DNA of 28,365 nucleotides from a virus (IMGVR_UViG_3300007637_000013:1-28365); one strand, 5' to 3'; numbered from the stretch's first letter, positions 1-9,888 are shown. Numbers and translations: made by a program. The notes: generated from the sequence alone by a model not told the origin.

Positions 1-1
1 C

Positions 2-1180
2 TTTTATAATGGTGGAATATCTGAAAGTGTTATCGGTGGATTCTGTAATAGTTTAAAAAATATATTTAATCAGATAGATGCCTTTTATGATTTAATTGGT
101 GTAGTTGATGGATTAATCCAAGACGCTATAGCAATTTATAATAAGATACCAAGAGACTATGATGGATTTAAAACATTAATTCAAGAGGAGATTATCGACA
201 AGCTTCTTGAAGAAATACGAACTAAGATTATTAATGTTATAGTAGAAACGTTCAATGACATTATGGCTGCTATTGAAAACTTTGATCCTGTAGGTATTAT
301 ATCAGACGCTGTAACAAATGTCAACCGTATGCATACAAAAAGAGTTATGACACTTAAAGAACGTATGTGTAATCAGATGACAGAAAAGGAAAAACAAAAG
401 CTTAAAGATAAACTTAAAAACTTTATGGATTATGCATTAGGTTTATTTGAAAACGTTGATTTAGAAACAGTACAATTCTTAGTTTATAGGTTCTGTGCAC
501 TTGCTACTAACGTTGAAGCTCTTATTAGAGAAATTAAAAATCCATTAGATAGTTTCGGTAATCGTTATCAAAGAGTAGTACAAAGACTACAAACCATTGG
601 AAATATGAATACATCTACAGCAATTCGTAACGGAGGTGTAAGATTTTCTGAAGAAGAGCGACGTGCGACTATAAATAGTCTAAGGGATGTATGGGAAGGC
701 GATTCTGGACAAGTACTCAGAACTCCTACCGGTGAAGATGCAATAGTTGTAAAAGAGATTACTGCTCAAGAATATAAAGACTTACCGCCTTGTATGGCTG
801 TTTTAAAGGGCACAGATTCAAGGTTTGGCTTAGATCCAGATGCAAAGAGTTTTAAAGAAGATGATTATGGTATAGGATTACCTGCTTATACTCATCTTGA
901 TTTAGATGTAAAAGTTTATCTTGCGAGGATGCAGTCGAAGCTAGGTGAGAAAATCGTTATTACCAAAGGTTGGGTTAATAAAGAATATAACGATAAAATA
1001 AAAGGTTCGCCTGAAAGCAGCCACTTAAGTGGGCTTGTTATAGATATACAGAACAACTTTAATTTAAATAGTGATGAGAAAGTTGAAGAATTTAAGACCA
1101 GAGCTATTGCTGCTGGTTTTAGATACATTGTAATATATGATAAGCACATACATTTAGACATAAGAGATATACCTAGATGA
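2..1180 (+). CDS. 5'-truncated tail/baseplate-region protein with C-terminal peptidase M15A-like (Hedgehog/DD-peptidase fold) domain
   Basis: The frame of the 263..1180 ORF is open back to base 2 (FYNGGISESVIGGFCNSLKNIF...), so the real start probably lies upstream of the window. The C-terminus has ITKGW..EYN.KIKG...SSHLSGLVIDI...IVIYDKHIHLDIR, i.e. the H-x6-D (1022/1043) and HxH-D (1145/1151/1157) pattern of M15A peptidases. The stop overlaps the gp25 start (ATGA). Confidence 0.75.
   Translation, partial: FYNGGISESVIGGFCNSLKNIFNQIDAFYDLIGVVDGLIQDAIAIYNKIPRDYDGFKTLIQEEIIDKLLEEIRTKIINVIVETFNDIMAAIENFDPVGIISDAVTNVNRMHTKRVMTLKERMCNQMTEKEKQKLKDKLKNFMDYALGLFENVDLETVQFLVYRFCALATNVEALIREIKNPLDSFGNRYQRVVQRLQTIGNMNTSTAIRNGGVRFSEEERRATINSLRDVWEGDSGQVLRTPTGEDAIVVKEITAQEYKDLPPCMAVLKGTDSRFGLDPDAKSFKEDDYGIGLPAYTHLDLDVKVYLARMQSKLGEKIVITKGWVNKEYNDKIKGSPESSHLSGLVIDIQNNFNLNSDEKVEEFKTRAIAAGFRYIVIYDKHIHLDIRDIPR
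670..677 (+). promoter_or_regulatory. T4-type late promoter box TATAAATA (intragenic, about 500 nt upstream of gp25)
   Basis: Exact match to the T4 gp55-dependent late consensus TATAAATA; upstream of the gp25-gp6-gp7 block. A chance match is possible in AT-rich DNA. Confidence 0.45.
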
Positions 1181-1593
1181 CGATAATTAGTAAAACACCG
1201 ATAAGTAAAAAGCCGAATTTGTATGCAGATTTTCATAAAGATCTAAGAATTAGTCCTATTTCAAAAGACTTAGCTCTATTAAAAGACGAAGACGCTGTAA
1301 AACAATCTTTAAAGAATCTGATTTTAACAGATCCTGGTGAAAGACTTATGCAGCCATTTATAGGTGGCGGAATACGTGAATTACTATTTGAAAACATTAC
1401 TCCAGGTGTGTTAAAAACAATTGAAACTAGATGTAAAAATACTATAGCAACTTATGAGCCACGCGCAGAAATTATAAATGTTACTGCAACAAGCGAATTT
1501 GACGATAATACTGTTAGAGTTTTAATAGAATTTTACATACGAAACGTCGACCGACCAATAACTCTCGATGTAATTTTAGAAAGGATAAGATAA
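1177..1593 (+). CDS. gp25: Baseplate wedge subunit gp25 (GPW/gp25 family)
   Basis: 138 aa with AVKQSLKNLILTDPGERLMQPFIGGGIRELLFE...IATYEPRAEII, the characteristic gp25 signature; lies directly before gp6. Confidence 0.93.
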   Translation: MTIISKTPISKKPNLYADFHKDLRISPISKDLALLKDEDAVKQSLKNLILTDPGERLMQPFIGGGIRELLFENITPGVLKTIETRCKNTIATYEPRAEIINVTATSEFDDNTVRVLIEFYIRNVDRPITLDVILERIR

Positions 1594-1594
1594 G

Positions 1595-3457
1595 ATGGCC
1601 ACTCCAAAAACGCCGATTACCGAACTTGATTTTGATTCGATAAAAAGCCAGTTAAAAACATATCTGCAAACGCAGACTCAATTCAAAGATTATAATTTTG
1701 AAGGTTCGAATATGAGCGCGATGCTTGATGTGCTCGCTTTTAATACTTTCCAAAATAATTTCTATACTAACATGACAATGAATGAGATGTTTCTTGACTC
1801 GGCCGTCTTAAAGAACTCTATCGTATCTCATGCTAAAGAATTAAACTATATTCCAAGATCTCGTAAGAGTGCTAAAGCTACAGTTCGTGTTACTATTACT
1901 GATGCTAGTGCTACCGCTTCAACATTAACTATTCCAACTTATACAAACTTTAGTTCTAGTTATCAAGGAGAATCCTTTAACTTCGTAACTAATCAAACAT
2001 ATATTGCAAGACGATCAGCGCCTGGTATATATGTAGCTGATAATGTTGATATATTTGAAGGACAGATACTTGCTTCATTCCAAAGAGAAGGATTTATTAT
2101 TGATGGAGACGGTGTATTACGTGTTCAGTTAACTAATGACGAAGTTGATACAGACTCTATTGTAGTATTTGTTGATGCTGAACAACAAGAAGATCGAAAC
2201 GTATTTGCCCGCGCTAACACAATTTATGGTGTTAAACCATTAGATAAAGTATTTTATTTAGAGCCTTATTTAGATAATAGATATGCAGTTTATTTTGGTA
2301 AAAACGAATTTGGTTTACAGCCAGAAGAGTTTGAAGACGTAAGAGTACGATATCGTGTTTGTTCTGGTGAGTTACCAAACGGTGCTACTTCTTTCACAAC
2401 AAGCTTTATTGACGGTGCTACGATCAATGTTACTAATATAGCACCTGCAGCAGGTGGTGTGGAACGTGAAAGTACTGAGAGCATTAGATATTTTGCGCCT
2501 AAGTCTTTAGCAGTTCAAGAGCGTGCAGTTACAACAAAAGATTACGAAGTATTATTACAACAAGCATTCCCTGAAATTAAAAGTGTAAGTGCTTATGGTG
2601 GTGAAGAATTAGAACCACCTCAATTTGGTCGTGTTGGTATTTCTGTTTATTTAGATGCAGAAACAACGCTGATCAGTTCTACGCTTGCAAATACTTATAT
2701 TACATATTTAAAAGAAAAGAGTCCATTAGGAATCGAGCCGATATTTGTACAGACTAAATTTCTTTTCGCAGATGTTGTTGCTGATATTGTTTATAGTAAT
2801 AAAACAACTCAAAAGAGTTCAGCAGAACTTGAAGCACTTGTTAGAGCACAAATACAAACTTATGCAGATACTAACCTCGAAGATTTTAATGTTAAAATTC
2901 GTAAGAGTAAATTAACTGCTGATATTGATAAGATTGATACAGGTATTCAAAGTAGTACACTATCAATTAAACCAATGATTGACTGGGTACCTGCTTTAAA
3001 TATTAAATCAGCTCCATCCTTTAAATTTGAAATGGAACTAATTAAACCATATCCATTTAGAGATGCTAACGGATTTAAAGATTATAAACCATCTGTTAAA
3101 AGTACACCGTTTGATGTTAATAAAATTTGTGTTTATATACAAGACGATGGTCTCGGTAATTTAATGACAATTATTGATGACGCTACAAACCCTCAAGTAT
3201 CTAATCCAAATGTCGGTTCTGTAGATTATACAACAGGACTTATTAAACTTAATGATATAATCGTTGAAGCATTTGATGGTTCGTCTGTTAAAATAATGAT
3301 CTGTCCTAAGAAGAGCGATATTGTTTCACCAAAAGGGCGTGTTCTTATTATTAGAGATACAGATGTACAAGTTAATATGGCACTTGAAGAAATACCTGGC
3401 GGTGCTACTACATCCTCAAGTTCAGCGATCGGTACACTAACAACAAGCAATTATTAA
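1595..3457 (+). CDS. gp6: Baseplate wedge subunit gp6
   Basis: 620 aa; ELDFDSIKSQLKTYL..Q..FKDYNFEGSNMSAMLDVLAFNT...NEMFLDSA..KNSIVSHAKELNYIPRS and ESTESIRYFAP....QERAVTTKDY are T4-like gp6 hallmarks. Confidence 0.93.
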   Translation: MATPKTPITELDFDSIKSQLKTYLQTQTQFKDYNFEGSNMSAMLDVLAFNTFQNNFYTNMTMNEMFLDSAVLKNSIVSHAKELNYIPRSRKSAKATVRVTITDASATASTLTIPTYTNFSSSYQGESFNFVTNQTYIARRSAPGIYVADNVDIFEGQILASFQREGFIIDGDGVLRVQLTNDEVDTDSIVVFVDAEQQEDRNVFARANTIYGVKPLDKVFYLEPYLDNRYAVYFGKNEFGLQPEEFEDVRVRYRVCSGELPNGATSFTTSFIDGATINVTNIAPAAGGVERESTESIRYFAPKSLAVQERAVTTKDYEVLLQQAFPEIKSVSAYGGEELEPPQFGRVGISVYLDAETTLISSTLANTYITYLKEKSPLGIEPIFVQTKFLFADVVADIVYSNKTTQKSSAELEALVRAQIQTYADTNLEDFNVKIRKSKLTADIDKIDTGIQSSTLSIKPMIDWVPALNIKSAPSFKFEMELIKPYPFRDANGFKDYKPSVKSTPFDVNKICVYIQDDGLGNLMTIIDDATNPQVSNPNVGSVDYTTGLIKLNDIIVEAFDGSSVKIMICPKKSDIVSPKGRVLIIRDTDVQVNMALEEIPGGATTSSSSAIGTLTTSNY

Positions 3458-3471
3458 TAGGAAATTGATTC

Positions 3472-6114
3472 ATGGCTGATAATTATTCGCAGATAGAAAA
3501 AAGTATAAGCTTTTTTATTAATCAGCAATTCCCTGCGATCTATCGTGAAGATGGTCCTGAGCTAGTGCAATTAGCAAAAGACTATTATAAGTTTATGGAA
3601 ACACAGAGTAACCAGTCTCTTTATGTTTCTAGACGTTTCTATGATTATAAAGATATTGATACAACAATTAAATCAATACTTATCTTTTTCCAAAAGAAAT
3701 ATCTTGCTGATTTAGAATTAAAGGAAGAGATGGTACCTTTCCTTGTCAAGAACATATTAGACCTTTATAGAAGAAAGGGTACTAAAGCTGGTATTGAATT
3801 ATTCTTTTCTATATTTTACAACGAATATGATATTGACATTATTTATCCGTCGTCTAAGATGCTTAAGCCATCTAATTCAGAATGGAAGACTGGTACATTC
3901 CTTCAGATGTTCCCAAACGCTAATCAATTTTTAAGTAAAACAAATATAGCATATACATATGCTGATCTTATATCAAAAAATATTACTGGTAGTATATCTA
4001 AAGCAGTCGCTTCTGTAACTAAAATTAATTCGATATTAATTAACGGTATTTACACACCTATTATTTACCTTGACAATGTTCAGGGTCAGTTTGTAAAGTA
4101 CGATGATATCTATACTAATATTGAAGGCGAAATCGTTACCTTCGGCCGTTTAAACGGATCTTTAACTGAATTTATTGTAGATCCTAGTGGTGGCCCAGAA
4201 GGCAGAAAATTACCACTCAATAAACCTGGTGACCCATTTAAAGTTGTTTCTGAAACTGCAGGTGATGGTGGTGAAGGTATAGTTGTTTCAGTATCTACAG
4301 AAACAGATAGTGTTGCTACTTATACTATTGAAGATGGCGGTTTTGGATATACAACAGCAAATACATCTCTTATAGTATCAGACCAAGCTATTCAAAGAGC
4401 GATCAGTGACGAAACAGTATTTACTTACGGTGAAGTACTACGAGACACTCAAGGTAATGAAGGGTTTGTAGTTGGAACCAACGCAAGAAGTATTGGTGTT
4501 AAACGAACGTCCGGTTCATTTAATCAATCATATGCTATTAGTACAGTTGATCGTAGTCCAAACATCGATTTAAAAGCACTGGGTATTCAGCGTGATGTTT
4601 CCGGAGTACCTATTGTTTCTTCTCCTGGCGTACTTTATCCAGAAGGTAGTCCACCAGATGCTAATACACACGTTACTGCTGTATTATCAAATACACAAAC
4701 AGTTCCGTTAATTACAGATTTAATTCAGCCGTTTTTAGGTATTCAAGTTCACCTAACAGATATAGCTGCAGGTGTAACTGGTGATGCAAACGTAAGTGAT
4801 TATAATAGTGGTGCAACAAATATGTCAGGCACCACTGTTGCTCCAAATATTTACACACCATTAGATCAAGCCTTTAATATTCAAGATGTTGAAATTGGTA
4901 CAATTACTGGATTTGCAAATATTAATCAAGGTAAAGGATATAATTTTGATATCTTTGCTAAAGCTAAAGACAATTTTATTACAAAATTTAATAAGAAAAA
5001 TCAGATCATTCGTTTAGTTAATAAGCCTGATGTTTCTTTCTTTGAATTACAAGAAACTATTACCGAAGCCAATACAGGAGCAACTGCAGTTATTATTGCT
5101 AAGGATGCTGATGAAGGTACTATAACAGTTATACCAAATACTTGGTATGGATTCTCAGGTATTAATAGCATTATACGTAGTAATCTTGACGCATATGCTA
5201 TTGAAGGTGTTTCTCTTGATTATAACAGTACTAGAATATTTGGTGATAATGCTATAATAGACGCTAATGCAGATTATGAAACAGGATATATTGATACAGT
5301 AGCTATTAATAATTCAGGTTTTTCTTATCTCCACGGTGACACAGGAACACTTGTTGATCCAGACGACAGTACTAGAGAATTAGCTTTCGGTACAATTACA
5401 GCCAATACTCAGGGTAGAAATAAAGGTTATTGGAAAGATTATACTTCACATATTGACGGTTATGTTGCTCAACCTATCACTGATCAAACTCTAATATTAC
5501 CAACAGCAGAATTTAGTAACCAAGCAGTTCGAACTGCAGTAGGTGTTACTACTACACCTCCCGACTTTAACACCTGGGGTCAATCAATAGCTTCAGATGG
5601 ATTTGCTTATTTAGATATGAACCAGGATGGTGGTTCTATTACATCAGCCGATGCTTTACAATTCCTTTATTTAGCAGGTAAAACTGCAGATGAGGCCATA
5701 GTAAATAGATGGAATAATATAGTAGTTCCAAGTTTGCAAGCACAATGGTGGTATAGTTCATATCCTAATTTGTATAGCTTTGTTCAAGAAGTAAAATACT
5801 ATAGTGCAGGAATGAGAATACAAGACAGTAATTTCTACCAAGAATATTCATACCAAATTAAATCTACGCTTGATAAGAGTAGATACGAAAAATTACTTAA
5901 AGAGAATGTACACCTTGCAGGTACTAAGATGTTTGGTGACTTTATCTATAAGTACGAAAATGCAAGTACAATAAAACCAAGATTCGTCAGATTCTTTAAC
6001 GATGACGGATATGGTTCAGCTCTCGATTTAGCTAATACAGATATACTCGAAGCTTCAGTAACAAACTTTACAGTTGATAGTACATATGTTACATCAGATC
6101 ACGAACCAATATAA
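3472..6114 (+). CDS. gp7: Baseplate wedge initiator, gp7-like
   Basis: 880 aa; N-terminal QFPAIYRED...LYRRKGTKAGIELFFSIFY and C-terminal IQDSNFYQEYSYQIKS...VHLAGTKMFG motifs typical of marine T4-like gp7; follows gp6; AGGA RBS upstream. Confidence 0.75.
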   Translation: MADNYSQIEKSISFFINQQFPAIYREDGPELVQLAKDYYKFMETQSNQSLYVSRRFYDYKDIDTTIKSILIFFQKKYLADLELKEEMVPFLVKNILDLYRRKGTKAGIELFFSIFYNEYDIDIIYPSSKMLKPSNSEWKTGTFLQMFPNANQFLSKTNIAYTYADLISKNITGSISKAVASVTKINSILINGIYTPIIYLDNVQGQFVKYDDIYTNIEGEIVTFGRLNGSLTEFIVDPSGGPEGRKLPLNKPGDPFKVVSETAGDGGEGIVVSVSTETDSVATYTIEDGGFGYTTANTSLIVSDQAIQRAISDETVFTYGEVLRDTQGNEGFVVGTNARSIGVKRTSGSFNQSYAISTVDRSPNIDLKALGIQRDVSGVPIVSSPGVLYPEGSPPDANTHVTAVLSNTQTVPLITDLIQPFLGIQVHLTDIAAGVTGDANVSDYNSGATNMSGTTVAPNIYTPLDQAFNIQDVEIGTITGFANINQGKGYNFDIFAKAKDNFITKFNKKNQIIRLVNKPDVSFFELQETITEANTGATAVIIAKDADEGTITVIPNTWYGFSGINSIIRSNLDAYAIEGVSLDYNSTRIFGDNAIIDANADYETGYIDTVAINNSGFSYLHGDTGTLVDPDDSTRELAFGTITANTQGRNKGYWKDYTSHIDGYVAQPITDQTLILPTAEFSNQAVRTAVGVTTTPPDFNTWGQSIASDGFAYLDMNQDGGSITSADALQFLYLAGKTADEAIVNRWNNIVVPSLQAQWWYSSYPNLYSFVQEVKYYSAGMRIQDSNFYQEYSYQIKSTLDKSRYEKLLKENVHLAGTKMFGDFIYKYENASTIKPRFVRFFNDDGYGSALDLANTDILEASVTNFTVDSTYVTSDHEPI

Positions 6115-6120
6115 TAAATA
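6114..6120 (+). promoter_or_regulatory. Late promoter-like box ATAAATA upstream of the gp9/10-like gene
   Basis: (TA)ATAAATA overlapping the gp7 stop codon, 30 nt before the ATG at 6151; AAGGA RBS follows. Confidence 0.55.
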
Positions 6121-6150
6121 TTTAAATAAGAATTTAAAGGATAAAATGCT

Positions 6151-7599
6151 ATGGCCAAGCAAACAATAGGTATCGGAGCAAGTGCTAATGACGGATCAGG
6201 TGATCCGATTAGAATTGCTTTCGATAAAGTCAACGATAACTTTAATGAGTTGTATGGTAACGGTGGTACCACCGGCAATACGCTTATAGATTTATTCGAT
6301 AGTTCGGGTAATTTCGATTTAACAGGTAAACCACATAAAATATCATTCTATTATGATACACTAGTAAGCTTACAAGCACTGAACCCTGGTACTTATCACG
6401 GAGCTATAGGCCATGCTCACGATACCGGTTCATTGTACTATGCTCACGGTTCTTGGAGAAGATTACTTGCAGATACTTCCGGTGGTACAATACTAAATTA
6501 CAGTGACCCTCTTGCTCCTCATGTTTGGGCAAACAACGTTACTAACTCAGAAACATCTGATTATGTATTAAAAACAAATGCAGATGGTACATATACTTGG
6601 GTTGAAATGGCTGGTGGCGGTGGCAGTTCATACGCTGATGCAAATGTTGATACTCACTTAAATACAAGTGGAGCTTCGGCTGACGAAGTATTATCTTGGA
6701 CTGGTTCAGATTATGCTTGGGTTGCCCAGTCAAGTGGTGGCGGTTCTTCTGCTAATACATTCGGAACAATAACAGTAGCAGGTCAATCTAATATAGTTGC
6801 AGATAGCGCAACGGACGGATTAACAATTGTTGCTGGTTCTAATATGACCATTACAACAGATGCATCTACTGATACTATTACTTTTAACGCATCAGGCAGT
6901 GGAGGCGGTGGTGGTACTGACCTCAACAGCTTAGTCGGTGGAACAATCGATGTAGCTGCAGATAGTATTGGATTTATTGATGCTGATGATTCTAATGCTT
7001 CAAAGAAAGAATTAATTGCTGATTTAGTTGCAGCAATTGCTGGTACTAATGTTACAGCTTCAAACGGAGTATTAAGTGTTGCAGCACCAGGAAATACATA
7101 TACAAATGCTGATGTTGACGGTCACTTAAATGTTTCAGGCGCAGCTTCTAATCAGTTCTTACAATGGAGTGGTTCAGATTATCAATGGGCTGCAGCAAGT
7201 GGTGGTGGTGGTGGTGCTGCTACGAGAGTAAATGAAGCCGAAACAACAGGCTCGATCGCTGATGGCGCGAGTGGTAATATTGCATTCTCAACACTCGGTA
7301 AATCATTTGGATTACTTAAAGTTACTGTTGATAAAGAATGTTGGGTAAGGATTTATTCTGATACATCATCAAGAACAGCAGACGCATCCCGAACACAAGG
7401 TACTGACCCGGCAGATGGTTCAGGTGTTATTGCAGAATTTATCTCAACGACTTCAGGCACACAAGTATTTAAAGTTACACCATCAATTATTGGTTGGCTT
7501 GATAATTCAGAAACAACAGTTCCTGTAGCAGTTCAAAATAACTCGGGAACAACAGGGACAGTTCAAGTTACGATCGACGCACTTAAATTAGAGTCTTAA
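6151..7599 (+). CDS. Baseplate-attached fibre/connector protein with gp9/gp10-like N-terminus
   Basis: N-terminus MAKQTIGIGASANDGSGDPIRIAFDKVNDNFNELY is the T4 gp9/gp10-type attachment motif. It is followed by Gly-rich linkers, an internal repeat and a C-terminal WVRIYSDTSSRTADASRT..TDP..GSGVIAEF domain that I recognise from marine phage structural proteins. Confidence 0.75.
   Translation: MAKQTIGIGASANDGSGDPIRIAFDKVNDNFNELYGNGGTTGNTLIDLFDSSGNFDLTGKPHKISFYYDTLVSLQALNPGTYHGAIGHAHDTGSLYYAHGSWRRLLADTSGGTILNYSDPLAPHVWANNVTNSETSDYVLKTNADGTYTWVEMAGGGGSSYADANVDTHLNTSGASADEVLSWTGSDYAWVAQSSGGGSSANTFGTITVAGQSNIVADSATDGLTIVAGSNMTITTDASTDTITFNASGSGGGGGTDLNSLVGGTIDVAADSIGFIDADDSNASKKELIADLVAAIAGTNVTASNGVLSVAAPGNTYTNADVDGHLNVSGAASNQFLQWSGSDYQWAAASGGGGGAATRVNEAETTGSIADGASGNIAFSTLGKSFGLLKVTVDKECWVRIYSDTSSRTADASRTQGTDPADGSGVIAEFISTTSGTQVFKVTPSIIGWLDNSETTVPVAVQNNSGTTGTVQVTIDALKLES
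6631..7215 (+). repeat. Two copies of an approximately 38-aa fibre repeat (6631-6744 and 7099-7215)
   Basis: YADANVDTHLNTSGASADEVLSWTGSDYAWVAQSSGGG vs YTNADVDGHLNVSGAASNQFLQWSGSDYQWAAASGGGG. Confidence 0.85.
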
Positions 7600-7602
7600 T
7601 AT

Positions 7603-9888
7603 ATGGATAAGCAATTTTATAACGTATTACTAGAACCAGGTTCTGACGAAGCAGCATTTCTTGCTAATGAAGCAGCAGGTATGATTTGTCATGATAATCT
7701 TGACCTCTTTGATATGTGTTTAGTTATGAAATTAACAGAAGCAGAAGCAGCAACGCTAGAAGCAAGTCCAAAAGTAATAGAATGTCACAAAGAATTAGTA
7801 GCTGAGCCTGATTCATATCCAACAAGTATTCCAAGGTACGAAACACCAACTACAGAATATAGAGCAAGATACTATCCATCCGGCGGTGACGACGGTGCTG
7901 ATTATACTGGTTCAAATATGTTTTTTACTAGTGAGTTTAAAGGCGCTACAGGTTTTAACCCGCCTATAGGATATTTTGGTGATACAAACTTTGATGATAC
8001 AGTTAAATCAAACTTTATGGGTGACTATGTTGATATAGTTGCAGTTGAAGCAGGATCCACAGCAGATGCTCTTGCCAATAACCACGAAAATCATGTTGAC
8101 TTTCAAGAGTTTGATAGTACTACTAGTAGGTTTGTTCCTATGGATTGGTCCGATATAAACTCATCTTTAACTAGTACTTTAAACAATCAAATTACTAACG
8201 CCAATGGTGCTGGAGATGGTTGGTTTACATATCATGCAGCTGGCGTACTTAGTGCAGCTGGTGGTAAATATTGCGGTTGGGGTAAAAACTCTTCGCTAAG
8301 ATTAATATATCTTGGTGGTGAATCAACAGCTTCTGTTTATTACGCAGTACTTCAATGGCACCTTGCCAAACCTATTAATCCTATTACTGGAACTCGTAAT
8401 GCAACAGTTGTTACTGGAGCATGGGGCTTTGGCGGATTAGAGCATACGAAGTTTTTTGATATTGAAGATTGTTCATATATAGAAGCAAAAGATCCAGTTA
8501 CTAATGCCACTACTAGGTATGACAGAGGCGGTTACTTAGAAGGTGAAGAATTTAATATTACAATGACTGCCACAGGTTCTGCAGAATATATAGTTACAGG
8601 CAGCGATCGATTATATAACGGATCTACAGCATCAACACCTCTAGGCAATAGAGGCATTATGGGAAGACCGGGCGATAGAATTACAATAACTAACAATGCA
8701 GTCGGTGCGCATCCTCTCTATGTTAAAACTTCACCGAGTAGTGGATCTACTAGTAATCTATATTCTGGAGTAACAGGACAAGGCACATCAGAAGTATCTT
8801 TTATCTTACCTGACGCAACTATAGGATTGCATTATATTTGTGGATTTCATTCAGCAATGACTGGAACTATAACAAGTATTAAGGATACTACAACTTGGGG
8901 TCAAGATCTTAGACCATTCTTTAGATCTGGTATTATTCCAAGAGTAATTCTAGACCCTGCAGATAATACTGATAAGTGGATGATTTCAGTACCAAACTCG
9001 TCACGCTGGTCGTCTTGGGATACAATTATGGGCCAGTTTGCTGCTTACGAAGGAATATATCATTTTAAAAGCGCTGGTAATAATGCTCATGTTGCAGTTG
9101 ATCCAGGTGATAACAGATGGAACACAGTTGTTAGGCAAGACGGCAATAGTCCTTATGTTATTAATTCTGTTGTTAGCCAAACAAATAATTTTAGTTCAAC
9201 TGCAAATCCTGGGGCATTTGATAATTATCCGCTTAGAACATATATTAATGGTGGAGATAATCAATTCACAGTTGCTGCTTGTCAACAAGACGACACAAAC
9301 AGATTATTAGATGATTATAGTAACAGAGGCCCAATGATTGACATAGCTTCTTATGGAGCGCAAACGTGGACATCATATCCAATTCAAGCTTATAGTGATG
9401 GCAGATGGGGTTATTTTAGTGGAACAAGTTGTGCTGCTCCAGTAGCTGCTGGTTGTGCTGCAGTATTTTTAGATTGGTATGTTACTCAGAGAGGTAAATT
9501 TCCAACTATTCCACAACTCAAAGAATTAATACAAAAACACGCTAAAGAAAACTTAATAGAAGATATAGTGACTAATATTGACTTTGAAAATCAAATAGGC
9601 ACGTTGGACCCTAATATCGGCCAAGCTAGATTATCGCCTAAAAATATATCTTCAAGTAAATTATACTCTTCAACAGAAGTTAATAGAATTAAAGATGGTG
9701 ATAGCAGTAATGGTGGAGCAGACTTAACCGTTCTAGCTGGGACACAACCATTAAGAATTCATATTCCATGGGGAATCAGAATGGGAAGCGGTAAATATAT
9801 CGCTGGTGGTTCCGAACAAACACAACATAAAAGGAGACCGACCTCTGGATCTGTTTGGCCTCGAAGAAAGGTTTCTTTTTCTTCTTGA
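7603..9888 (+). CDS. Subtilisin-like (S8) serine protease with putative N-terminal prodomain and inserted cupredoxin-like domain
   Basis: VDIVAVEAG (acidic-residue motif, E at 8047), HAAGVLSAAGG (His, 8233), KSAGN (oxyanion Asn, 9079), DYSNRGPMIDIASYG, FSGTSCAAPVAAG (Ser, 9427); insert with HPLY...YICGFHSAMTGTI. Confidence 0.85.
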   Translation: MDKQFYNVLLEPGSDEAAFLANEAAGMICHDNLDLFDMCLVMKLTEAEAATLEASPKVIECHKELVAEPDSYPTSIPRYETPTTEYRARYYPSGGDDGADYTGSNMFFTSEFKGATGFNPPIGYFGDTNFDDTVKSNFMGDYVDIVAVEAGSTADALANNHENHVDFQEFDSTTSRFVPMDWSDINSSLTSTLNNQITNANGAGDGWFTYHAAGVLSAAGGKYCGWGKNSSLRLIYLGGESTASVYYAVLQWHLAKPINPITGTRNATVVTGAWGFGGLEHTKFFDIEDCSYIEAKDPVTNATTRYDRGGYLEGEEFNITMTATGSAEYIVTGSDRLYNGSTASTPLGNRGIMGRPGDRITITNNAVGAHPLYVKTSPSSGSTSNLYSGVTGQGTSEVSFILPDATIGLHYICGFHSAMTGTITSIKDTTTWGQDLRPFFRSGIIPRVILDPADNTDKWMISVPNSSRWSSWDTIMGQFAAYEGIYHFKSAGNNAHVAVDPGDNRWNTVVRQDGNSPYVINSVVSQTNNFSSTANPGAFDNYPLRTYINGGDNQFTVAACQQDDTNRLLDDYSNRGPMIDIASYGAQTWTSYPIQAYSDGRWGYFSGTSCAAPVAAGCAAVFLDWYVTQRGKFPTIPQLKELIQKHAKENLIEDIVTNIDFENQIGTLDPNIGQARLSPKNISSSKLYSSTEVNRIKDGDSSNGGADLTVLAGTQPLRIHIPWGIRMGSGKYIAGGSEQTQHKRRPTSGSVWPRRKVSFSS

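Noticed and set aside
263-265. ATG at 263 as the start of the first gene
   Set aside because: The frame is open and protein-like back to the window start, and there is no clear RBS; probably an internal Met.
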